From: an uncultured Bacteroidales bacterium
GTDB lineage: Bacteria > Bacteroidota > Bacteroidia > Bacteroidales > GCA-2748055
Length of the DNA stretch: 64,000 bases
Direction: 5' to 3'
Assembly: GCA_963771005.1 (NCBI GenBank)
Contig: CAVYRO010000008.1
Location: 762,102-826,101, forward strand
The translations under genes were made by a program, and so were the position numbers. Below, piece after piece: positions 35,421 to 46,108 of this stretch. Within the stretch, counting starts at the first letter, position 1, and the number at the start of each line of letters is the position of its first letter. A model generated the notes under the pieces. The model saw nothing but the letters and a program-made list of their open reading frames with translations. It made no database searches and was not told where the DNA came from.

Positions 35421-38400
35421 ATGAAAAAGATCGTTAAAGGGCGAGTTGCGCGCCTGCCAAGTTGTTATTTCAAAACCATCCTTATCATGAAATTTCTAAT
35501 ACTACTAACTATCATTTCAGGTTTGGACGTTTCAGCAAGCCTGTATTCCCAGACTGCCAGGCTGAATGTAAACGTGGAGAATAAGCCGATCCGGGACGTT
35601 TTAAAATTAATTGAATCCCAAAGCTCCTTTCGTTTCTTCTACAGTGATGATTTCAATGACCTGGGGAAGAAAGTAAGCCTTAATATAAAGGATAAAATGA
35701 TCGACCAGGTAATGATCCGGTTACTGGACCAGGGAACCATAACATATAAAGTTCTGAATAACAATGTAGTGGTGCTTACACCGGTCTCTTCCCCCCTGGA
35801 TATTCAGCTCAAGACCATTACAGGGAAGGTCACGGATGAAGACGGTCAGCCGATGGCCGGGGTAACCGTGCTTGAAAAAGGGACAAACAACGGGACCATT
35901 ACGGATATACAGGGTAATTTTACCATCAATGCCTCCCCGGGGTCAACCCTTGTATTTTCATTCGTAGGGATGAAAACGCAGGAAGTCCTGGTCGGAGAAC
36001 AGGTAAGCATCAATTTGCAAATGACCGGTGAGGTAACGGCCCTTGATGAAGTCGTGGCCGTTGGTTACGGTACGCAGAAAAAGGCCAACCTGACCGGATC
36101 CGTGGCCTCGGTTTCGGGCAATGAACTGCAGGACCGGCCCATGCCAAATGTGGCCGAGGTATTGAGAGGTGTTACACCCAACCTTAATATCAGTTTCAAC
36201 GGTTACGGTGCAGAACCCGGTTCTTCACGAAGCTGGAATATCCGCGGAATGGGATCGATAAACGGTGACGATTCGCCCCTGATCCTGATCGACGGCGTTG
36301 AATCGGATATCAATGAAATAAATCCCCAGGATATCGAAAGCGTTTCAGTGCTTAAGGATGCCTCCGCCTCGGCTATTTATGGTTCGCGGGCACCTTTCGG
36401 TGTAGTGCTGATAAACACAAAGAAGGGAACCAAGGGCCAGATGCATATTCAATACAACAACAACGTTTCGTTCGACAGGCTCCTGGGAGTAAGTCATATG
36501 TATAATTCGGTTATCTATGCCACTGCACTGAACCAGGTCGCTGCAAATTCGGGAAGCGCCCCCGTTTTCTCGGATGAACAGGTGGGAAGAATGCAGGCCT
36601 TTATGGACGGGACTCTGAAAGAGGAATATAATCCAGCCAACCCGGCTCATTCCATATGGCAGACACGGCAGACGGGAAATGCGAATTATGACTGGCCCTA
36701 TGAATACCTGAGTAATCATAAATTCGACCAGAGCCATAATCTGAATATTAGCGGCGGAAATGATATCAGCCAGTATTACATTTCCCTGGGTTACTATGAC
36801 GAAAACGGTTTTTACGCTGTGGGATATGACGATTACAAAAGGTATAATGCACTGGCTAATTTCACCACCAAGGTTACCGACTGGCTGAAATTTGATCTGA
36901 ATACAAAGTATGCAAATTCGCAAACCGATTATCCTCTCGGGATAACAACGGTTGAGCGGAGGTATTTCTGGACCAATTTTTATATTTTCGGTCCCAATGT
37001 AGCCAAATACAATGCCGACGGCAGCCTTTCGAATCCCATGTACCGGTCACTTCAAAGTTCGGGAAGGGATAAAACCACGACCAATGACTTCCTGATCACC
37101 CTCAAGTCGGAACTGGAACCGGTCAAAGGGTGGAAAACGGATATTTCGTTCAATTATAACATAGTGGGCATGAACCAGACGGTAAACCCGATACCTATCC
37201 CGGTTCAGCTCCAGGATGGCAATGTGGGTAATGTGGGAAAACCGTCGGCTGCATACGAAGATTATTTTTCGAATTCACCCTACGCCCTTTTCAATATAGT
37301 GACATCCTATGAAAGAAAAGTGGGCAATCACTATTTTAAAGCTCTGGCCGGATATGAGCAGGAGCAGAAATCCTATACCTGGCTCTATGCCCGGGGGGAT
37401 AACCTGATTACCCAGCTTGTTCCCTCGTTAAGCACGGCGCTTGGCACAAAAGTGGCCGATGATGCAAAATGGGACTGGGCAACACAGGGTGTTTTTGGAC
37501 GATTGAACTATAACTACAATGAAAAATACCTCCTGGAGTTCAGTGCAAGATATAACGGGTCCTCAAGGTTTGATCCCGATACAAGGTGGGGATTTTTCCC
37601 GTCCGGATCTGCGGGTTACCAAATTTCCAAGGAAAATTTCTGGGAACCTATAGAACGTTATGTTAACAATTTAAAGATCAGGGCTTCCTATGGTTCACTC
37701 GGGAACCAGAATGTGGCAAATTATTTATACATCCCAACCGTTCCCGTAGCAAGTGAATCCCCCTACATTATAGCCGGTGAACGCCCTCCCTATGCACAAA
37801 CACCGGGGATCATCAGCGCAGGTCTGACATGGGAAACGATAACCACATTGAATTTTGGACTTGATGCCGCCTTCCTGAAGAACAGACTGACCTTGAATTT
37901 TGACCAGTTCAACCGGAAAACTTCCGATATGTTCGGCCCCCAGGGAACGCTGCCTTACAGCTTAGGCACGGTCACACCGGATGCCAATAATGCGGAAATG
38001 GAAACCAGGGGTTTCGAACTGATGCTGGGGTGGAGAGACGGCTTCGCAAACGGTCTTTCTTACAATGTACAGGTTAACCTGGGCGATAACTATTCGACCA
38101 TCCTTACCTATACGAACGATAACGGGCTGATCTCCGACTGGTATGAAGGAAAAAGGGTTGGTGAAATCTGGGGGTATGAAAGTAACGGTATCATACAAAG
38201 CCAGGCAGAAGCAGACCAGATGGCTGACCAGACCGCAATCTTCCCCAACTGGGGTCCCGGAGATATCGAATACAAGGATCTGAACAGGGACGGAAAGATC
38301 ACCAGCGGCGCCGGAACATTATCCGACCATGGCGATAAGGTAGTTATCGGTAACAGTTCCCCGAGGTATAATATCGGTATATCCGGTGGAGTCAACTGGA

Positions 38401-38906
38401 AAGGTGTTGATTTCAACATGCACTGGCTGGGTCTTGGCAGGCATGACTGGTTCCCTCCCGTGTATAGCGGCACATTCTGGGGGCTGACCTATACCTACCT
38501 GAACACCGCTATCCTGGAAGGCTCGCCGGTACTGGATTATTGGAGACCTGCCGATGAGACCAACATGTTTGGACCCAATACAGACGCTTACCTGCCAAAA
38601 CCTTATGGTAACAATGCTGAACTCAGGAAAAACAGGGAAACGCAATCAAAGTACCTTCTTAACGCTGCTTATTTACGATTGAAGAATGTTCAACTGGGAT
38701 ATACGATCCCAGCCAAATTTTCGGAAAAATTATTGATCCAGAGAGCAAGAATCTATATTTCAGGCGAAAACCTGATCACGATCAAAAACATTCCGAAATC
38801 AATCGATCCCGAACAGGCTATCCCGGTAACAGGAAGCTATACAGACCAGGGCGCTTACTACCCGATGGCAAAATCTGTTTCAATCGGTTTAAATGTAACA
38901 TTCTAA
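35421..38906 (+). CDS. SusC/RagA-family TonB-dependent transporter with N-terminal STN signalling domain (PUL 2)
   Basis: 1161 aa. The STN-like extension (NVENKPIRDVLKLIESQSSFRFFYSDDF) precedes the CarboxypepD_reg domain (ITGKVTDEDGQPMAGVTV) and plug (LDEVVAVGYGTQKKANLTGSV). It ends ...SIGLNVTF. Confidence 0.95.
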   Translation: MKKIVKGRVARLPSCYFKTILIMKFLILLTIISGLDVSASLYSQTARLNVNVENKPIRDVLKLIESQSSFRFFYSDDFNDLGKKVSLNIKDKMIDQVMIRLLDQGTITYKVLNNNVVVLTPVSSPLDIQLKTITGKVTDEDGQPMAGVTVLEKGTNNGTITDIQGNFTINASPGSTLVFSFVGMKTQEVLVGEQVSINLQMTGEVTALDEVVAVGYGTQKKANLTGSVASVSGNELQDRPMPNVAEVLRGVTPNLNISFNGYGAEPGSSRSWNIRGMGSINGDDSPLILIDGVESDINEINPQDIESVSVLKDASASAIYGSRAPFGVVLINTKKGTKGQMHIQYNNNVSFDRLLGVSHMYNSVIYATALNQVAANSGSAPVFSDEQVGRMQAFMDGTLKEEYNPANPAHSIWQTRQTGNANYDWPYEYLSNHKFDQSHNLNISGGNDISQYYISLGYYDENGFYAVGYDDYKRYNALANFTTKVTDWLKFDLNTKYANSQTDYPLGITTVERRYFWTNFYIFGPNVAKYNADGSLSNPMYRSLQSSGRDKTTTNDFLITLKSELEPVKGWKTDISFNYNIVGMNQTVNPIPIPVQLQDGNVGNVGKPSAAYEDYFSNSPYALFNIVTSYERKVGNHYFKALAGYEQEQKSYTWLYARGDNLITQLVPSLSTALGTKVADDAKWDWATQGVFGRLNYNYNEKYLLEFSARYNGSSRFDPDTRWGFFPSGSAGYQISKENFWEPIERYVNNLKIRASYGSLGNQNVANYLYIPTVPVASESPYIIAGERPPYAQTPGIISAGLTWETITTLNFGLDAAFLKNRLTLNFDQFNRKTSDMFGPQGTLPYSLGTVTPDANNAEMETRGFELMLGWRDGFANGLSYNVQVNLGDNYSTILTYTNDNGLISDWYEGKRVGEIWGYESNGIIQSQAEADQMADQTAIFPNWGPGDIEYKDLNRDGKITSGAGTLSDHGDKVVIGNSSPRYNIGISGGVNWKGVDFNMHWLGLGRHDWFPPVYSGTFWGLTYTYLNTAILEGSPVLDYWRPADETNMFGPNTDAYLPKPYGNNAELRKNRETQSKYLLNAAYLRLKNVQLGYTIPAKFSEKLLIQRARIYISGENLITIKNIPKSIDPEQAIPVTGSYTDQGAYYPMAKSVSIGLNVTF

Positions 38907-38921
38907 AAAAAAAAATTGATT

Positions 38922-40643
38922 ATGAGAAAGTTAAATATAATCGTAAGCATTATTGCATTGTTCATGTTGATCAGTTCATGCAATAAAGATTTCCTGGACC
39001 GGTCCCCTTTGGATGAGGTCGGTGAATCTGATTTTTTCAAAAGTCCCAATGACCTTGAGACCTATTTGAACCAGTTTTACAATTTCGGCGTATCGCATGA
39101 GTATGGCTCGGATGTGGGAACGGATAATGCGATTTATAAATCTATCAGCACCTGGCTCGACGGGGAGAATACATTGGATGATGCCGTTTCTCCCAATTTT
39201 GGACCGGTAAGGAGCATTAACTACTTCTTTGACAACTACAGGCGGGTAGAGGAAAACGCTGATTTTTCCGAATATCAGCAGTTCCTGGGAGAGGCTTATT
39301 TCTTTAAAGCCAGGATCTATTTCGGACTGCTTGAAAGTTATGGTAATATTCAATGGTACAACTCCGTGCTGTCTACAGATTCTCCGGATTTATACAAGAA
39401 AAGGGATCCCCGGAACGTAGTGGCCGATAATATCATTGCCTGCCTGGATACGGCAGTCATGTACATGGATGAAGACAGGACCGACGGAGCTTCCCGCCTG
39501 AACAAATGGATGGCATTGCTCTTACAAAGCAGGATCGCCCTCTATGAAGGTACATGGGAAAAGTATCACAACGGTGATCCGTTCGGCGTGAGCAATTCCC
39601 AGCCGGAAAAATATCTCAACAAAGCCGTTGAAGCGGCAACCCAGATAATGAACTCTGGTTTATACGATGTTTATACAACCGGTAAACCTACAGAGGATTA
39701 TTATGACCTGTTCGCCACTTTGCGTACCTATTCAGATAATCCGGAAGTTTTACTCTGGAAGGAATATAACAATGAACTGGGGAAGGGGGAGACGGTTTTC
39801 AGAAGACAGAGGAATTACGGGCAGTACACTCCCTATGACCATACGTTCACCAAGGAACTTGCCGATGCCTACCTGTGTACCGACGGTAAGCCTATTTCGG
39901 TGAGCCCATTGTTTATGGGTTATGATTCACTGGTGCTTGAAGAGCAGAACAGGGATCCCAGATTTTATCAAACGATATCCACTCCCGATCAACCCTGGGT
40001 GATCCATTCCGACGGATCGGTGACCTATTTCAGAGAGCTCTATGATAAACTTAACAGCGGGGAAGCTTACAATGCCTCATGCGGGTATTGTATGAGAAAA
40101 GGTTATGATGCACGGGAAATTTACCAGGTACCCCAGTATGGCGAAGAACCGGGTATTGTGTACAGGTATGGTGAAGTCCTCCTCAACTTTGCCGAAGCAA
40201 AAGCCGAACTGGGTTCAATCACCCAAACCGACCTGGATATCTCCGTCAATAAGCTCCGTGACAGGGTGGGAATGGCACACCTGGAGATGGCCGACATTAC
40301 GGCTGATCCCAATTGGGATTTCCCTGCCCTTTCGCCCCTGATCAACGAGATCCGGCGTGAGAGGAGGGTCGAATTGGCGCATGAAGGCTTCAGGGGGATG
40401 GATATATCAAGGTGGTCTGCTGCCGGTGAACTGATCGTCGGAAAAAGGCCAAAAGGACTTAAGGCGTCACAGCTAAATTCCAATCCCTTCCCGGTGGATG
40501 CCAACGGCTTTCTCGATCCCTACAGGGATGCGATACCTTCAGGGTACGGTTTTCATGTCGGACGGGATTACCTGAATGCGATACCCAAAAGCCAGCTTGT
40601 TCTGAATCCTGAGTTGAACCAGAATCCGGGCTGGACGGAATAG
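38922..40643 (+). CDS. SusD/RagB-family lipoprotein (PUL 2)
   Basis: ATG at 38922 (track start 38916 is TTG). Lipobox FMLISSCNKDF. SusD-like helices (EAYFFKARIYFGLL, YRYGEVLLNFAEAKAEL, RRVELAHEGFR). Confidence 0.9.
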   Translation: MRKLNIIVSIIALFMLISSCNKDFLDRSPLDEVGESDFFKSPNDLETYLNQFYNFGVSHEYGSDVGTDNAIYKSISTWLDGENTLDDAVSPNFGPVRSINYFFDNYRRVEENADFSEYQQFLGEAYFFKARIYFGLLESYGNIQWYNSVLSTDSPDLYKKRDPRNVVADNIIACLDTAVMYMDEDRTDGASRLNKWMALLLQSRIALYEGTWEKYHNGDPFGVSNSQPEKYLNKAVEAATQIMNSGLYDVYTTGKPTEDYYDLFATLRTYSDNPEVLLWKEYNNELGKGETVFRRQRNYGQYTPYDHTFTKELADAYLCTDGKPISVSPLFMGYDSLVLEEQNRDPRFYQTISTPDQPWVIHSDGSVTYFRELYDKLNSGEAYNASCGYCMRKGYDAREIYQVPQYGEEPGIVYRYGEVLLNFAEAKAELGSITQTDLDISVNKLRDRVGMAHLEMADITADPNWDFPALSPLINEIRRERRVELAHEGFRGMDISRWSAAGELIVGKRPKGLKASQLNSNPFPVDANGFLDPYRDAIPSGYGFHVGRDYLNAIPKSQLVLNPELNQNPGWTE

Positions 40644-40678
40644 AATACAGATAAATTCGGTTACTGACAAGGTTTTTA

Positions 40679-40739
40679 CCACAGGATTGCACAGATTAAA
40701 ACAGATTAATGTATCATGAAAATCTGTGTAATCCCGTGG
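40679..40739 (+). terminator. Long imperfect hairpin built from 'acagatt' word repeats, downstream of susD-like gene
   Basis: ccacaggattgcacagatt (40679..40697) pairs with aatctgtgtaatcccgtgg (40721..40739). That gives 17 of 19 positions, one mismatch being G-U compatible. It is followed by tttatcc. Confidence 0.4.
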
Positions 40740-40844
40740 TTTATCCAATCCATGATCATCCGTAGCCGTTCGATCGCTGGTAATTCAATTTCCGGATTGA
40801 ACTCCGGCTGATTCACAGAAAGGAATTCCATTAACACAATTACT

Positions 40845-42056
40845 ATGATTAACAGAAACATATCTTCCCGGCGTGGTTTTATTAAAACAGGATTCGTTAT
40901 CGCCGGAGCCGGCGTTTTTGGCACTTCACCGCTTTCCGGTGATGATTGCAAACCTGAAACGGTCAATGCCCCCGGTCCGATCCCGCTGAATAATATTTTA
41001 ATCGATTACCAGCAAATATCTCAAAGAGGCGGAGGCCTCACAAGTTCGGAAATCTGTGACGAAGCCGGATGGGAAAGCAAGCGGTCATCCATTATTTGTC
41101 GCTCCGGCTTAATGCTTGGCGAACCGCCGGTAGTTCATCCCGGACCTGTTAAAGCAGATATTCTGAACGAAACAGCACGTGACGGATATAAGGAGCTGAA
41201 AGTAAGATTTTTGAGCGGGACGGGCGATATGATAAAAGGATTTCTGCTTATTCCTGATGACGCGGGCTCTTCATCGCCACGTCCGGGTATAATCGCATTG
41301 CACAGTACCGGCCCTGGGGCAACCCAGACGGTAGGTATTACGCCGAGGGAGGGTCGAAGTTACGGCATGGAACTGGCCCAACGCGGATATGTGGTGCTGG
41401 CTGTTGATACCATCACCGCCGGGGAACGAGTTTATCCCGGCTATGAACCCTATTTTACCGACGAATTTTATAGTGAATACCCGCACTGGTCGGCTATGGG
41501 TAAAATGTTGTACGACCATAAGAGAGGCCTGGATTATTTATGCAGCCTCGACGTCGTTGATGCCGGCCGGTTAGGTTGCATCGGGCATTCCCTTGGGGGA
41601 TATAATTCTTTTTTCCTTCATGCATTCGAACCGAGAATTAAAGCTGCAGTCGCGTCCTGTGGGCTCAGCCCTATGGGAGGAACCAATATGCCCTATCAGT
41701 TTGCAAGGAACGAATGGTTTGTTCATTTTAATCCTGCTTGCAGGGAATACATCCGGTCGGGAATGATTCCATGCGACATGCACGAAGTTATGTCGCTTTG
41801 TGCCCCAAAACCTTTCTTTAATTATTCGGCGAAAGCGGACAGCATTTATTATCCAAAATCCGCGCATACTGAAGGTGATTTCTCAGACTGGTGGAATACG
41901 GTCGATAAAGCATTGACTATGGTCGCCAAAGTTTATGCTATTTATGGCGCCTCCGGTGATTTCATACGCATTGATGGTGAAGGCGACCATGATTTTCCGC
42001 GGGATGTGAGAAACCGGGCTTATGAATGGCTGGATGAAAAACTCGGTAAACTATAG
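40845..42056 (+). CDS. Alpha/beta-hydrolase (esterase / dienelactone-hydrolase-like) with twin-arginine signal
   Basis: 403 aa. Tat motif SRRGFIK and nucleophile elbow GHSLGG. Confidence 0.75.
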   Translation: MINRNISSRRGFIKTGFVIAGAGVFGTSPLSGDDCKPETVNAPGPIPLNNILIDYQQISQRGGGLTSSEICDEAGWESKRSSIICRSGLMLGEPPVVHPGPVKADILNETARDGYKELKVRFLSGTGDMIKGFLLIPDDAGSSSPRPGIIALHSTGPGATQTVGITPREGRSYGMELAQRGYVVLAVDTITAGERVYPGYEPYFTDEFYSEYPHWSAMGKMLYDHKRGLDYLCSLDVVDAGRLGCIGHSLGGYNSFFLHAFEPRIKAAVASCGLSPMGGTNMPYQFARNEWFVHFNPACREYIRSGMIPCDMHEVMSLCAPKPFFNYSAKADSIYYPKSAHTEGDFSDWWNTVDKALTMVAKVYAIYGASGDFIRIDGEGDHDFPRDVRNRAYEWLDEKLGKL

Positions 42057-42124
42057 AAAAGAAACCCGGGAAAGCGGAATACATAGCTAAAACAAAATGG
42101 CGGATTCATAAAAAATACTAAAAT

Positions 42125-43480
42125 ATGAAAAGAAGGACTTTTATAAACCGGTCCGTTATAAGTATCGCGGGTACAGCAATGGCAGTATCGCCGGTTGCCC
42201 CGGTCTTATCGTCATGCAGCCGGACCGGTAAAAAACTGACTCTGGCCCTGATGGGCTGCAGGGATGCGAAAGCGGGGATGATCAGCCAGGCATTAAAGGG
42301 AATGCAGGATATCAGCATTAAGAGTGTGTTTGATTTTGACAGGACGCAATGCACCGAAGCTGCCCGGTTGATCCGCCAATCCCCGGATCAGCTGCCTGAG
42401 GAAGCAAGCGATATGGAATCCATATTGAAGGACCGGGAAATTGACGCGATATTCATTTTCCTGCCCGAGCACTGGCGGGCTCTTGCCGCAGTAAGGGCCT
42501 GCGAGGCAGGTAAAGATGTATATATCGGTGCCGGCCTGCCTGCACATACTGTTTGGGAAGGTACCCAGGTGCTCAGGGCGGCCCGGAAATATAAAAGACT
42601 TATCCAGTGCGGATTCACGTTGAGAAGTTCGGAAAGTGTATCCGCAGCGAAGGAGTATATCACAAGTGGGCAGTTGGGTAAGGTCGTTCAGATCAATGTT
42701 TTAAGCCTGGATAAAAATATGCCGGAGAACTCAGGAACAGACCAGGCAAAACCGGAAGGGCTGGATTGGGACGGTTGGATAGGACCGGCACCTTATGAGA
42801 CCTACAACCGGGGGTTATATCAGAGGGAGGTTGTGAATTCAGGAGAAGGATTCTGGAATTTCAATTCCGGCAGGATGGCCAAAGCCTCCTATGGATTTGA
42901 CCTGGCCAGGATGGTGATGGGAGATCCGCCGGATCCGGTTTCCGTCTGTAGCTACGCGAGTAACCCTTCACAGGGAGTGAAGGGAGAATTGCCGGAACGT
43001 CAGTGTGTGATTTTTGATTTCGGAGATTTTGTAATGAACTGTGAAACAGGACAAACCTATAAGTACATGAAAGAAGGCCCGGTTTCGATGGAGAACGGAA
43101 TTGCTCCCTGGATTTTGCTGGCAAACCGCATTGAAGTGTATGGCCAGAAAGGTTTGATGTACATGGATACGGAGACCGGCGGCTGGCAGGTACTGAATAA
43201 CGAAGGAAAGGTCGTTCAACAGGGGATGGGAGATTTCCCCGAAGAGAAGCATATCCGGAATTTTACCGGCTGGATCCGAAGCAGGGATCTGACTGCCGGA
43301 AACATAGAACAAGGCTTGTGCAGCGGTAATCTTGCTCACCTGGCAAATATTGCCTACCTGGCCGGAAACAAGCAGATCCTCTTTGATGCCGGCAAAGGGG
43401 AGATAACAAATGACAGGGAAGCGAATAGCATGTTAAAAACAAATTACAGAAGTGAATACCGGATGCCGGAGAAATTATAA
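42125..43480 (+). CDS. Gfo/Idh/MocA-family NAD-binding oxidoreductase with Tat-type signal (GH109-like or glycoside 3-dehydrogenase-like)
   Basis: 451 aa. N-terminus MKRRTFINRSV...SSC. The Rossmann region and length are typical of exported Gfo/Idh/MocA proteins found in PULs. Confidence 0.75.
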   Translation: MKRRTFINRSVISIAGTAMAVSPVAPVLSSCSRTGKKLTLALMGCRDAKAGMISQALKGMQDISIKSVFDFDRTQCTEAARLIRQSPDQLPEEASDMESILKDREIDAIFIFLPEHWRALAAVRACEAGKDVYIGAGLPAHTVWEGTQVLRAARKYKRLIQCGFTLRSSESVSAAKEYITSGQLGKVVQINVLSLDKNMPENSGTDQAKPEGLDWDGWIGPAPYETYNRGLYQREVVNSGEGFWNFNSGRMAKASYGFDLARMVMGDPPDPVSVCSYASNPSQGVKGELPERQCVIFDFGDFVMNCETGQTYKYMKEGPVSMENGIAPWILLANRIEVYGQKGLMYMDTETGGWQVLNNEGKVVQQGMGDFPEEKHIRNFTGWIRSRDLTAGNIEQGLCSGNLAHLANIAYLAGNKQILFDAGKGEITNDREANSMLKTNYRSEYRMPEKL

Positions 43481-43525
43481 CTGAGAAGAGAAAAAAAATA
43501 AAAGATATAAAAATCGCGATTAAAT

Positions 43526-44803
43526 ATGAAAAATCATACTAATCATAAGAGTGCGAATGAAAAGGTGGTATTAGGTCTTATCGGAGCCGGGGGCAGAGGG
43601 ACCTACCTGGCCCTGAACTTCTGGAAGAATTGTCCCGGCATCGAGTTCAAATATATCTGCGACGTGGATAAATCCAGGGGAGGCAGAGCCATGGAGGAAC
43701 TTTCGAAGGAACAGGAACATAAGCCTCTTTGGGTGGAGGATATGCGTAAGGTGTATGAGGATAAGGATGTGGATGCCGTGATCATAGCTACACCGGAACA
43801 CTGGCACGCTCTGGCTTTTATCCGGGCCTGCCAGGCGGGAAAGGATGTTTATATCGAAAAAAATATTTCCCAGAGTATTCCGGAAGGATTAAAAATGATC
43901 GAAGCCGCTCAAAAGTACAAGCGTGTTGTACAGGTCGGGACGCAAAACCGAAGCTCCGATTATGGATATTCAGCACGCGAATACCTGAAAAAAGGAAAGT
44001 TAGGGAAAATAGTAAGCATTAAAAGCCATTGTTTACTTTCGGGTGACAAACCCTGGTTTTTAAAGGAAGACTCCCCTGCCCCTCCGGGATTAAACTGGGA
44101 TATGTGGCTCGGACCTGCACCCCTCGTTCCTTACAATGTCAGCCGTCATAAAGCACCGTACGACTGGTGGGAATATTCACCGGGCCTGGCCATGGCCATG
44201 ACGGCCCACGTGATCGATTTTACACGGTTGGTCTTAGGTGATCCCGATGATCCCAAATCCGTATATTGTGCCGGCGGCCGTGTTTTATACGATGACAAGA
44301 GGCCCATCCCGGACATGCAGTCCGTCATCTTCGGTTTTGAGGATTTCAATATCACGCTTGAAAGTGCGAGTTTTGGGAATTATATGGCTAAGTCAGGCCC
44401 TGAGATCAGGTTCGGTAAGAAATTTCCGGACTGGAAACTTAACAGCACGAGGATCGAAATATACGGCACGGAAGGCTACATGTTTTTAGGGATCATGGGC
44501 GGTGGCTGGCAGGTATTTGACAGCGATGGTACTATCCGCGATCAGGAATACGGCTATTTCCCGGATGAAAATCATCAGAAAAATTTCATCAGTTGCGTCC
44601 GTTCCGGTAAGACCCCGAACGGAGACATCGTTAACGGACATAAGGGTGCATCCCTGATCCATCTGGCCAACCTATCCTATCGCACCGGCAACAAACAATT
44701 ATTTTACGATAATAAGACAGGGAGAATGACCAACTCGGAACTGGCAAATCAGATTTCCGAAGGATCATACAGGTCCGTGTATGCCCTGCCCGAGGTGATC
44801 TGA
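43526..44803 (+). CDS. Gfo/Idh/MocA-family oxidoreductase (no obvious signal peptide)
   Basis: 425 aa. GLIGAGGRG Rossmann motif, EKN/ATPEHWH pattern. Paralogous in layout to 42125..43480. Confidence 0.8.
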   Translation: MKNHTNHKSANEKVVLGLIGAGGRGTYLALNFWKNCPGIEFKYICDVDKSRGGRAMEELSKEQEHKPLWVEDMRKVYEDKDVDAVIIATPEHWHALAFIRACQAGKDVYIEKNISQSIPEGLKMIEAAQKYKRVVQVGTQNRSSDYGYSAREYLKKGKLGKIVSIKSHCLLSGDKPWFLKEDSPAPPGLNWDMWLGPAPLVPYNVSRHKAPYDWWEYSPGLAMAMTAHVIDFTRLVLGDPDDPKSVYCAGGRVLYDDKRPIPDMQSVIFGFEDFNITLESASFGNYMAKSGPEIRFGKKFPDWKLNSTRIEIYGTEGYMFLGIMGGGWQVFDSDGTIRDQEYGYFPDENHQKNFISCVRSGKTPNGDIVNGHKGASLIHLANLSYRTGNKQLFYDNKTGRMTNSELANQISEGSYRSVYALPEVI

Positions 44804-44935
44804 CGAAGGACGTAAAAGAGTCCAGGGAAGTAATTGCAGGGACCGCAGGCACACACGGGTCTATACCCGCTGGCCGCAAAAGATGCATAGGCTATGTTAT
44901 TTACCTGATATAAACACAAAAACATGAAAAAGTAA

Positions 44936-45259
44936 AAAACGCTCCATACGCATGATTATTGGTCGGCGCAAACCGATCCTGAACAAAGATCCACAGTCGA
45001 TGAAGGGTTTAAAGACAATCTCTTTTGTTTTAAACCTCAGGAAACCATTGATTTTATGAATCATCTGGAGGAACCCTGGATCGCATACAAGATTTTGGCA
45101 GCAGGTGCCATTCACCCGGAGAAAGCCTTCCCGCATGCTTTTAACAGCGGAGCAGACTTTATCTGCGTTGGAATGTACGATTTTCAGATCGTTGAAGATT
45201 GTAACATCGCACTGGATTCCCTTGCAAATATTAACAGGGTAAGGCCATGGCGGGGATAG
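44936..45259 (+). pseudogene. Probable 3' gene remnant (open frame without a credible start)
   Basis: The frame is open from the stop at 44933..44935. It reads ...DYWSAQTDPEQRSTVDEGFKDNLFCFKPQETIDFMNHLEEPWIAYKILAAGAIHPEKAFPHAFNSGADFICVGMYDFQIVED... This looks like a globular C-terminal domain. The first ATG is at 45056, and only ~130 bp separate it from the upstream gene. Confidence 0.35.
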
Positions 45260-45310
45260 TAGCCGGCTCCCCGGCAGGTAAAAACTGATAAATCAACAAG
45301 AAGAGTAAGA

Positions 45311-46096
45311 ATGGAAAAGGTAAAAAAGAAAACGAAGCAGATATTTTGGATATTTTTAGGTCTGGCAGCATTAGTGATCATGGTGCTCGCGTTCGAAGTG
45401 ATCCGTACTTACGGGAGAACTCAGGTGCAGGTAAATATACATCAGAACAAGGAACTCATTTACCGTTCAACGTTCGGGGAACCTCCCCAGTTTGCGGTTT
45501 GGCTGGAAAGTCCCGAAACAGGGCGTTCTGTTACAGTCTTTGTCACACACCGTGCAGGTATTGGCGACTGGGAAGGCAAATCGGATGTTCCTGTGGCATT
45601 GCCGAGATGGCATGAATTGTTTAAGGGGGAAGGAGGGCAAAATACCGCCCGTGCCGAAGAGGCGACTGATGATTACCCCCAGGCTGTATCGGGCGCCACC
45701 CCGAAGGACGATTATTTTTCCGTAAGAGCGGAGGTTAAACCGGGCACGCGTTGGATATGCTGGGTTGAGATGAACCTTGCAGGTGATTACAACGAGGCAT
45801 ATCCCGAACAGGATCTGGAAAGCATGGAGGTGGATGAATTTGCATGCGGACAACCGGCTTTAATTTATCGCTCCGAAATTGTGGCTGATGAAGGCTCGAA
45901 GTATGATCTCAGCCTGGTGAACCAATCAGTCTGGAAGGACGGGATAACCACGCTGGAACCTGTAAGTGAAGGTATGACCACGGCAAAAGATGTATTCGAT
46001 AAGATGGATATCGAGATTATCCGTCCAAAACCAAAGCTGATAAACTGGCATAAGATCTTTACATCTAAAGATAAGGCTTCTCAAAGTACCAATTAA
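45311..46096 (+). CDS. Membrane-anchored protein of unknown function, DUF2271-like
   Basis: 261 aa. TM anchor IFWIFLGLAALVIMVLAF. PQFAVWLESPETGRSVTVFV...ALPRWHE...AVSGATPKDDYF resembles the DUF2271 pattern (low-confidence recollection). Confidence 0.5.
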   Translation: MEKVKKKTKQIFWIFLGLAALVIMVLAFEVIRTYGRTQVQVNIHQNKELIYRSTFGEPPQFAVWLESPETGRSVTVFVTHRAGIGDWEGKSDVPVALPRWHELFKGEGGQNTARAEEATDDYPQAVSGATPKDDYFSVRAEVKPGTRWICWVEMNLAGDYNEAYPEQDLESMEVDEFACGQPALIYRSEIVADEGSKYDLSLVNQSVWKDGITTLEPVSEGMTTAKDVFDKMDIEIIRPKPKLINWHKIFTSKDKASQSTN

Positions 46097-46108
46097 AGGA
46101 GGATTCAA

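Noticed and set aside
38905-38915. The A11 tract between the susC stop and susD start, as a slippage or regulatory site.
   Set aside because: It is intergenic and includes the stop codon. Such A-rich spacers before Bacteroidota start codons are common, and nothing else supports a function.
44897-45136. A 79-aa minus-strand ORF overlapping the start-less plus-strand frame.
   Set aside because: It has no motifs and overlaps a frame with more protein-like sequence on the other strand.
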